Of a stretch of 41,644 nucleotides of DNA, positions 1 through 7,177 are shown one piece after another. This DNA comes from a virus (taxonomy: Duplodnaviria; Caudoviricetes), in the IMG/VR virus record IMGVR_UViG_3300010052_000147, positions 1-41,644 of that record; one strand, written 5' to 3'. The notes below the pieces were generated by a model. That model was given only the letters and a program-made list of their open reading frames with translations. It made no database searches and was not told where the DNA came from. The translations under genes were made by a program, and so were the position numbers. Position 1 is the first letter of the stretch, and each line of letters starts with the position of its first letter.

Positions 1-16
1 TCAATCCTTTGACCAT
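1..16 (-). CDS. 5' fragment of the next lysis gene (possibly o-spanin), truncated by the window
   Basis: Minus strand GGAGG (29-25) followed by ATG at 16-14, reading MVKGL off the edge; position after the i-spanin-like gene. Confidence 0.35.
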
Positions 17-234
17 TGCTCAAGCCTCCGTCTCGCGACCTCGGGCGGGAGAGCGCCGATGTCGTTCTGGATTTCATCTGCGATGTCGCGCGCTTCCGCC
101 TCACGCGCAGCCTGCTTGGCGCGTTCGGCCTTCGCGCCGGCGCGGCGTTGCTGGATGACAAGCATGAGCCCGCCGGCTGCCGCCAGCAGATACGGCCAGG
201 CCCAGCCGATGAACGCCGTGACGAGCGCGCTCAT
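1..234 (-). CDS. Putative i-spanin (Rz-like): N-terminal TM helix plus coiled coil
   Basis: MSALVTAFIGWAWPYLLAAAGGLMLVI then charged helix AKAERAKQAAREAEARD; ATG at 234 overlaps the holin stop (ATGA). Confidence 0.6.
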   Translation of the reverse strand: MSALVTAFIGWAWPYLLAAAGGLMLVIQQRRAGAKAERAKQAAREAEARDIADEIQNDIGALPPEVARRRLEQWSKD

Positions 235-431
235 TTCGCCCACCCGAAGCGCTTGGCCATCCAATACCAACCTTCGGCGGCAATCGGCGCGACGAAGCCG
301 GCAGCGAGGCTGATCCACTGCGCAATCTCAGGATCGGCGATCAGGTCAGAAGCCTCGTTCTGATTGATCAGGCCGAAGTAGAGGAGCGGGAAAGTCGCGT
401 AGCGCAGGAAGATGCGGATGATCGGTGCCAT
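231..431 (-). CDS. Putative holin, 66 aa
   Basis: Two hydrophobic segments and a basic C-terminus (KRFGWAK); directly after the endolysin; GGAGG RBS. Confidence 0.6.
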   Translation of the reverse strand: MAPIIRIFLRYATFPLLYFGLINQNEASDLIADPEIAQWISLAAGFVAPIAAEGWYWMAKRFGWAK

Positions 432-433
432 GG

Positions 434-1195
434 CTATTGGCCTCCACGGACCAGTTTCTTGAGAATGGCGATGGCGGCGGCCCAGAAGCGGCCAGTGGGC
501 GCAGGAGCCGGCTTACGCGGCGGCGGGACCGGAACAGGCTTCGGAGCCGGTGAAGGCACTGGCGGGGCGATTGGCGGCACGGGCGACGGGTATGGCGTGT
601 CTCTGATCTTGCGCCACTTGGCGAACGCAGCAGCCATCCGGCCATGATAGTTGTGGGTCCGATAGCCTGCGCCGTTGTAGACCCGAGCGACGGTTTCCCA
701 ATCGTGGGCCTTCAGCGCCTTGGCGATGTTCTTCGAGATGAGGAATGAGACCATCGCGTCAAGGTGGGCTTCCTCGTCCGCCATGAAAGCTGTGACCATG
801 GCCTGCGGCGTGGCGTAGCCGGCGGCGACATGGTTCTCGCCAAGGATTTGCCCCGCGCCCCACGAGGCCGCTTTCAGAGCGGCAGTCTCGTCGATCGCCA
901 TTGCCTTGATCAGCCGGGGATAGCTGTCACTGGGGTAGGCGCCGGGCTTCCACTTCGAATAGGCGAGACGGGAATTGACCGCAGCTTGGCGCTTCGAACC
1001 GGACAGGTTGCGATAGAAGACGTGGGGCTCAAACAGCATCTTCGGTCGCCCGAGATGATCGAAGCCTGAGCCCGCCGCCTCAACATCCATGAAGGCGTGT
1101 AACTCGTCTTCGCCGACGCCGATCTTTGCGCCGATGCGAGGAATGTCGATGTCATCGAGACGCTTCGCCGCGCCCCGGAAGTTGCCAAGGGTCAT
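434..1195 (-). CDS. Endolysin, N-acetylmuramidase (DUF3380-type)
   Basis: VEAAGSGF, PKMLFEPHVF, ASWGAGQILGEN and VARVYNGAGY motifs; AAGGAG RBS; Pro-rich C-terminal linker. Confidence 0.9.
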   Translation of the reverse strand: MTLGNFRGAAKRLDDIDIPRIGAKIGVGEDELHAFMDVEAAGSGFDHLGRPKMLFEPHVFYRNLSGSKRQAAVNSRLAYSKWKPGAYPSDSYPRLIKAMAIDETAALKAASWGAGQILGENHVAAGYATPQAMVTAFMADEEAHLDAMVSFLISKNIAKALKAHDWETVARVYNGAGYRTHNYHGRMAAAFAKWRKIRDTPYPSPVPPIAPPVPSPAPKPVPVPPPRKPAPAPTGRFWAAAIAILKKLVRGGQ

Positions 1196-1303
1196 GGGTT
1201 CTCCTTCCCGCGATGGCGGGTTGCTTCAGGTTGACGTAAGGGAATCGACAGACGGTTGAGCGCTGTGCTTAATCAGAGCGAGTGCAACTGATGGAGAAAC
1301 ACA

Positions 1304-2275
1304 ATGAGCCCGTCGAATTTACTGGTAGCGTCGGCCGCTCTGCTCGGCCTGGTAGCTTTTTCGCAAAACGCTGTTGCTCAGGCGACCCGGACTTGGGTCT
1401 CTGGCGTCGGTGACGATGTGAACCCGTGCAGCCGCACCGCACCTTGCAAGACGTTTGCCGGCGCGATTTCAAAGACAGCTGCCGGTGGTGAGATCAATTG
1501 CCTTGACCCGGGCGGCTACGGCACTTTGACCATCACGAAATCCATCACCATCTCGTGCAAATACACGCATGGCTCCACATTGAACTCCGGTGGGATCAAT
1601 GGCTTCGTCATCAACAACGCGGACGCCGGTAATCCAGTCGTCGATGTCGTCCTTCGTGGCCTCAGCATCAACGGCGCTGGAACAACGCCCGGGTTGAACG
1701 GCATTCGGTTCATCAAAGGGACATCGCTGACGGTCGAAGACGTCGATATCCAGAATTCCCGTTCCGGGAACGGTATCCACATCGAGAACACAAACAGTCA
1801 CGTCCGCGTCGCGATTATCAACACCGTCATCGTCAACAACGGGAACAACGCGATCGGCGCTGGAATCCAGATCAATCCCAAAGGCAGCGGCAGCGCTGAT
1901 GTGTCGATCGACAACACACAATTCCTCGGCAACTCCGTGGGCATGCGCGCAGACGCATCAGACACAACGGGCGCCATCGACGTTGTCGTCTCCGACAGCG
2001 CGGCAAAGCACAATCGCTTCCACGGATTCGTAGCCATTGGCGGCACGGGACGCGTGCGGATGATCCTCGATGACGTCGTCTCGTCGAAAAATTCTGGGGA
2101 AGGCATTCGCGTTGTCGGGCCGAACGTGGGCGTTCGCATCGGCAGATCGACGGTTAGCTATAATGGCACTGGCATCAGCGCCACGGGCGGCGGCAACATC
2201 CTCTCTTACGGCGACAACTTCATTGACGGCAACACCGTCGATGGGTTTACGCCGCCCGTCAGCGCTCAAAGGTAA
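1304..2275 (+). CDS. Exported right-handed beta-helix (pectin-lyase-like) protein, moron
   Basis: Sec signal peptide ending AVA-QA; RTWVSGVGDDVNPCSRTAPCKT start followed by N/G/I-rich beta-helix repeats; GGAG RBS; opposite strand to the late operon. Confidence 0.85.
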   Translation: MSPSNLLVASAALLGLVAFSQNAVAQATRTWVSGVGDDVNPCSRTAPCKTFAGAISKTAAGGEINCLDPGGYGTLTITKSITISCKYTHGSTLNSGGINGFVINNADAGNPVVDVVLRGLSINGAGTTPGLNGIRFIKGTSLTVEDVDIQNSRSGNGIHIENTNSHVRVAIINTVIVNNGNNAIGAGIQINPKGSGSADVSIDNTQFLGNSVGMRADASDTTGAIDVVVSDSAAKHNRFHGFVAIGGTGRVRMILDDVVSSKNSGEGIRVVGPNVGVRIGRSTVSYNGTGISATGGGNILSYGDNFIDGNTVDGFTPPVSAQR

Positions 2276-2332
2276 ATTATTCCAGCAAAGCGAACGCCGG
2301 CAGCGCCTAACCCACTGACGTGCCGATGATCC

Positions 2333-2364
2333 AAGGCCCTAGAGAAACCTGGGGCCTTTCATTT
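2333..2364 (+). terminator. Intrinsic terminator-like hairpin between the two convergent morons
   Basis: AAGGCCCTAG-AGAAAC-CTGGGGCCTT followed by TCATTT. Confidence 0.65.
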
Positions 2365-2437
2365 GGCCGGTGGGTTGAGCATAGGGGCCGGCCCCGTTGG
2401 GTGCGGGTTTGGCAGGCCAGTTCAAGCCTTGGTTAGA

Positions 2438-3481
2438 TCACGCCGCGACGGTGCGTCGGTCAGTCAACAGCAACCGCTTCAGGCCCTTGGCCATCGGCTT
2501 TTCAATGACGAGATGCACAAGGACGCCTGCCAGAACGCCGCAGGTGACAAGGTAGGCTAGCGCAAGATCAGCAACCGGAAGTGTCTGGAGTGCTGGCCAT
2601 CTCCAGAAGAGGAGCCCAAACGCTGCCATGAACGGGTAGTGTACGAGGTAGATCGAGTAGCTCGCATCACCGAGTAGCGCCCAAAGGCGACCTTTGCCGA
2701 AGACGTAGCCGTTCGCTTCCGCACAGACGAGACCGAGTACAAGGAAGAACGACGCGACGGCCCAATGCAGGTCGATCATCGGCATACTGTAGCCGTTGCG
2801 AACCGCAGACACGCCGAAAATGGCCAGCGCCACCAGCAAGTAGGCCGGCCACATCGCGGCAACATCAGTCTGGCGATACAGCCGCGACACGATCAGGCCT
2901 GCGCAGAATTCGAGGATGATCGGGTAGAAGGTCATCGCCCACCTGGCGCCGTAGACATTAGCCACCGCGAACACGACGAACAGGGAGATCAGAACCGCAA
3001 TGCCCCGCGTAGACGATCCAAACACCCCCGACGCCACGATCGCTGCGAATGCGACGTAGAACATCATCTCGTATTCGAGCGTCCAGCCCGGCAGGATCAC
3101 AGGCGAGCCGCCCGACGTGAAGGTCAGAGAGCGCAGAAGATGCACGGCATCAAACGAGCCTGCGTGATAGCCATAGTAGATGAAGACCACGATGGTCAGG
3201 AACCAGTATATCGGCACGATCCGCAGCAACCGCCGCTCGAAAAAATCCCAGCTGCCGCGCCAGCCGCTCGTCTCCGGCTGCAGCCCCATGACGAAACCGC
3301 TGATGACAAAGAAGATCGGTATGCCGACCGCGCCGAATATCCCCATGTTTCCAAAAGAGAACAAGACCGGCAGGTCATTGATCCCTTGCTTTGCCACGAA
3401 CTTTAGGGGGAGCAAGTAATGCTGGACGACGACGAGAATCGCCGCCACTGCTCTCAATGCCTGGATGGAATGGAACGTCAC
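2438..3481 (-). CDS. Acyltransferase family 3 (OafA/Oac-like membrane O-acyltransferase), moron
   Basis: SIQALRAVAAILVV, IFFVISGFVM, RRLLRIVPIYW, WTLEYEMMFY and LGDASYSIYLVH motifs; about 10 hydrophobic segments; GTG start with GAGG RBS. Confidence 0.92.
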   Translation of the reverse strand: MTFHSIQALRAVAAILVVVQHYLLPLKFVAKQGINDLPVLFSFGNMGIFGAVGIPIFFVISGFVMGLQPETSGWRGSWDFFERRLLRIVPIYWFLTIVVFIYYGYHAGSFDAVHLLRSLTFTSGGSPVILPGWTLEYEMMFYVAFAAIVASGVFGSSTRGIAVLISLFVVFAVANVYGARWAMTFYPIILEFCAGLIVSRLYRQTDVAAMWPAYLLVALAIFGVSAVRNGYSMPMIDLHWAVASFFLVLGLVCAEANGYVFGKGRLWALLGDASYSIYLVHYPFMAAFGLLFWRWPALQTLPVADLALAYLVTCGVLAGVLVHLVIEKPMAKGLKRLLLTDRRTVAA

Positions 3482-3502
3482 GTTGCCTCGCCTGCTGTGA
3501 CG

Positions 3503-3531
3503 TTCCTACCGAATAACGCCCACTGCGGCAA
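3503..3531 (-). promoter_or_regulatory. Candidate sigma70 promoter of the acyltransferase
   Basis: TTGCCG-N17-TAGGAA in the 50-bp gap after the tailspike stop; lacks the -7 T, as is common in alphaproteobacterial promoters. Confidence 0.4.
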
Positions 3532-6500
3532 TCAGGTCGCCGGCGTGTTGTGGCTGGTGCGGGCGACGTGCCAGTCAGTGCCTGCCACATGGCCAGAACC
3601 TGTGGTCAGCCGTCGCCATTCGTCAATCGACATCCCGTTGCCATCTTGCGAGGGTGCCTCGTTTTTCAACCTGTAGCCGCGCACGTAGAAGCCAGTCGAG
3701 GGCATGGCTGTGCCGCTTTCCATCGGATTCGTAATGATCTGATCATAGTCAGCAAGGGTCGGGTCACCTTGATAGACAACATGGATGTAATTGCCACCCA
3801 AAGGCACGTCACCGATGCCCTTATTGCTCGTGCTGAAACCGGTTCCGCCGAGCGGGTTGCACCAGACGATATTCTTGCTAAGGCGAACTTGAACAGTAGC
3901 ATAGACCGGGATGCTGCAGTTCTTGAATGTGACGTTTGAAACCGACATGCCAGGATTGTCGAACGCGGCTATTCCCCGCGCGCTGCCGCTGCTGGAGTAG
4001 GTTCCGTCTAGGTTGGAAGTCGCACCCTCTCGATAGGGATCACAGTCAACAATCCCGCCCTCAATCGCGATATCAACGGTCTTCCCGCCAGTCGCAACGC
4101 TGATCCCACGAACAATGCAGTCAGTGATCTGATTGCCGCGAACGCGCACATTGGTGTAATCGCGGGCGCTCGTCGGCGCGGCAAATAGGATGCCGAAGGA
4201 CAAATGCTCTACAATGTTTTCGCTGATTATCGCGTTCTTCAGGCCGCCCCCCGAGAAATTGATTCCGGTGTTCTGGCGAAAGGCGGCGTTTGTAACCTCT
4301 CCGTCGAAATAGACACCGCTGCGGATGGCGCGACCGTAGCCGTAATCGCTAAATTCAGCGACGGGCGGGGCGGTGCGCATGATCTTGTTCCCGCGCACGA
4401 TCACGCCACTGATCGGCGCAACCGGGGTGGTCGAAACCGATGTGTTCGCGTCGACGTACGTCCAGGGATAGACCCAGGCTCCAGCCGTGATGTCGTAGAA
4501 GCCTGGAATCGTATCGTTCGTGGAAGTTGCGCCGCGCGGTCCATCCCCTGCGATCAAGATGCCGATGGCATTGTTCTGGAGCGCACCTCCTGACGTGAGG
4601 TAGAGCATATTTTCGATGGTGTTGTCGCAGACCGACACGTCATAGATCGGGTTTCGGCCCTCACTCGTATCGACATAGACGTGCACGCCGCCGCCGCTGA
4701 ATCTGACAATGTTGTTCGAGACCTTTGCCTGCCGGCCTCCCAGCACTTTGATGCTGCCACCGGCACAGGTGATGATGTTGTCGGTAATGATGACACCCTC
4801 GCGAGGCCGAAGGCCCAGCGAGACCGCAGCGGACGAGGTATGAATGGAGAAGGAATCGTCGCCACAACGAAGGATCTCGTTCCCGATGCAGATTACGTTG
4901 GGAGTGTCCGTCGCTCTAATTGCCCCTGCCGCGATGTCTTGGTAGCGAGAGCCTCTGGACACAAATTTGTTGGCATATCGAACAGACATCCCGGTCGTCT
5001 TGGTCTCCAGGATTTCGGCGTCGATGAGTTCAACAGAGCTGTAGTGGTCGAGCCAGAAAGGCGTGCCGCCAGAATTTGCCTTGGACGCCCCTGCGAGCGT
5101 GCCTTGCAGCGTGAACTTTTCGAACCTGACATAGCCTTTCGCGGCGACGACCAGGTTTTCAAACAGGCGTTTGTTGGCGGCATCTGCATAGTTGTTCTGG
5201 ACGTCGCCGCCCTCCCACATGAGAACCGTTGCGCCCCGCCCCTCGCCGAGTAGGGTGATATTGCCCATGCCAGGGTCGAGCGGTGCAGAATCTTTGGCAA
5301 ACCAATAGACCCCGGCGGGGACAAACAGACTCCCGCCTCCTTGGGCCGAAAGTAGCGTTAATGCGCCTTGGAAAGGAGCAGTGTTGTCCGTGCCATAGTA
5401 GAGATAGGTAGACGCAGAAACGACAGCGGTAGCAGCGTTGGCGGCCAACGTGATGTCGGATGCCCCCGCGACGGCAGCAATCGTGGTGTTGAGCGTGTTC
5501 CCCGAAGCCCCTGCCTTCGGGACCGAGATCGACTTGCCAACATCGGCCGCTGTGAACGCGGCGCCGACCGCATTCAAGTTCGGCGATCCATTGGCAATGG
5601 ATGCGGTGACGGCGACCTTAACGCCGTCAGCCTTGGCGAAGAAAAGCGGCGACGAGAGTTGGCCCTCGATGTTGACGAGATCCCACCATGCGCCGTCCGC
5701 CGACTGGAATTTGTTGAGGTGCGCCGGCTCCGACACCGCCCGAACGAACGAGCGCCCGCGCCCATCGCCGACCACCGCCTTCGACAGCATCGTGACGAGG
5801 TTGACCGACACCGGAATAGTTGCCGCCTGCGCATTTGCCAGCAAGTTGAACGATTGATGTGACGGCGTCCCAACCGCGCTTTCCAGCGCGTCGAGCCGGT
5901 TGCCGGCGTCAAGGGATTCCAGCGTCGTCACCCGGTCAGTCAGGTCCGAAACATCCGGCGCGTTCAGCACCGCATCCGACCCGTCGAACATTGAGATGAC
6001 TTCGACGTCAGTTTCCGGTGCCGAGCCATACTGCTGCGCGTAGGGGCGCGCGTAGCGGGCATTGGCGGGAGCCGCGATCGTGACATTGCCGCCGGAGGCC
6101 CGTCCTATGACAGCATTGACCGTCACCCGGCCAGAGCCGGTGACAAGATCGGTGATGTCGTCAATCACCGTAAACGCGTCGCCGCCGGCAAGCGCGATCT
6201 TGTTCTGGTCATACCAGGCGATGGCCGTCCGCAGTGCATCGTTCGCCGGGTCGCCACTGTTGACGCGGCGACGCACGACCCAGCGGGCCGGATACTCCCG
6301 GCCAAGCTCCAGCGCCACGAGTTCCCGTTTACCGACGAGTTCGGAGCCGACAAGCCGCACAACCTGGCCGTCGCTGCCAGACTGCGTGTCTGCATCGGTC
6401 AAGGATGAAAGATTGGCCGGATCGCCGCCCGCGAGGGATTGAGTGAACGAGACCGGGAAATCGCCCGGGCGCTTTGCGTCACCATCGAACAGGCCGAGGT

Positions 6501-7122
6501 CGACCGCCAGTTCCGCATGCGTCGTGTCGGTCGGGTCACCCGCTCCTGCACCCGGCCGACGCGTCTTGACGGTGCCAGCCGCCATATCAGCGAGCTTGAC
6601 GTTCGGAATACCATTGTCGGAAATTCCAACTGCACCCGCCTCGATGAATTCCAGCCCGGGCATAAGACCGACAGCGTGAAGCTGCGACGTGCCTGCATTG
6701 GTCCGGCCAAGCAATATGCCGGATGGAAAGTCCTGAATTCTGTTCAGCGTGACGGCCTTGGGCGCGATGTCGCCTGTGGCGACGGTATCCTTGAACGCCA
6801 GGGCGCCGAGACCCGACACTTCCGGCAAATCGCCGATCTTTGTCCACGCGCCGGACCCAGACGCCCCCGCCTTCTTGTAAATGCCGCGAAACGCGACTGT
6901 CGCATCGCCGAAGACACGTCCGATCTTGCCAGCGCTCCACGCGAGGTCAGCGAACAGCTGGGCGCGCGTTTCGTAGGACACGTCATAGCCCGCCTCGAGC
7001 GACCCCACCTTCTGATCAATCGTAGCGAATACAGCGCGAATATCAGCCTTCGGCGGCATCGACGGCGAAGAGGCGGGACCGTCGGCAAAAGCTGCGTTGG
7101 CTGCGTTACTGATAGCGCCCAT
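3532..7122 (-). CDS. Tailspike / receptor-binding protein with pectate-lyase-3-like beta-helix (putative polysaccharide depolymerase)
   Basis: 1196 aa; GTDNTAPFQGAL...GGSLFVPAGVY...ITLLGEGRGATVL beta-helix cap, then repeated ITDNII/VSNNIV/ISENIV/VRGNQI strands; last tail gene. Confidence 0.88.
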   Translation of the reverse strand: MGAISNAANAAFADGPASSPSMPPKADIRAVFATIDQKVGSLEAGYDVSYETRAQLFADLAWSAGKIGRVFGDATVAFRGIYKKAGASGSGAWTKIGDLPEVSGLGALAFKDTVATGDIAPKAVTLNRIQDFPSGILLGRTNAGTSQLHAVGLMPGLEFIEAGAVGISDNGIPNVKLADMAAGTVKTRRPGAGAGDPTDTTHAELAVDLGLFDGDAKRPGDFPVSFTQSLAGGDPANLSSLTDADTQSGSDGQVVRLVGSELVGKRELVALELGREYPARWVVRRRVNSGDPANDALRTAIAWYDQNKIALAGGDAFTVIDDITDLVTGSGRVTVNAVIGRASGGNVTIAAPANARYARPYAQQYGSAPETDVEVISMFDGSDAVLNAPDVSDLTDRVTTLESLDAGNRLDALESAVGTPSHQSFNLLANAQAATIPVSVNLVTMLSKAVVGDGRGRSFVRAVSEPAHLNKFQSADGAWWDLVNIEGQLSSPLFFAKADGVKVAVTASIANGSPNLNAVGAAFTAADVGKSISVPKAGASGNTLNTTIAAVAGASDITLAANAATAVVSASTYLYYGTDNTAPFQGALTLLSAQGGGSLFVPAGVYWFAKDSAPLDPGMGNITLLGEGRGATVLMWEGGDVQNNYADAANKRLFENLVVAAKGYVRFEKFTLQGTLAGASKANSGGTPFWLDHYSSVELIDAEILETKTTGMSVRYANKFVSRGSRYQDIAAGAIRATDTPNVICIGNEILRCGDDSFSIHTSSAAVSLGLRPREGVIITDNIITCAGGSIKVLGGRQAKVSNNIVRFSGGGVHVYVDTSEGRNPIYDVSVCDNTIENMLYLTSGGALQNNAIGILIAGDGPRGATSTNDTIPGFYDITAGAWVYPWTYVDANTSVSTTPVAPISGVIVRGNKIMRTAPPVAEFSDYGYGRAIRSGVYFDGEVTNAAFRQNTGINFSGGGLKNAIISENIVEHLSFGILFAAPTSARDYTNVRVRGNQITDCIVRGISVATGGKTVDIAIEGGIVDCDPYREGATSNLDGTYSSSGSARGIAAFDNPGMSVSNVTFKNCSIPVYATVQVRLSKNIVWCNPLGGTGFSTSNKGIGDVPLGGNYIHVVYQGDPTLADYDQIITNPMESGTAMPSTGFYVRGYRLKNEAPSQDGNGMSIDEWRRLTTGSGHVAGTDWHVARTSHNTPAT

Positions 7123-7177
7123 GTTTCATAGCTCCATGCTTCGGTGGCCCGCGAATGCAGGCTGCCGAGTTGGTTGG

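Noticed and set aside
2384-2395. Palindrome GGGGCCGGCCCC downstream of the acyltransferase
   Set aside because: Single GC-only 12-mer with no loop or U-tract; plausible by chance at this GC content
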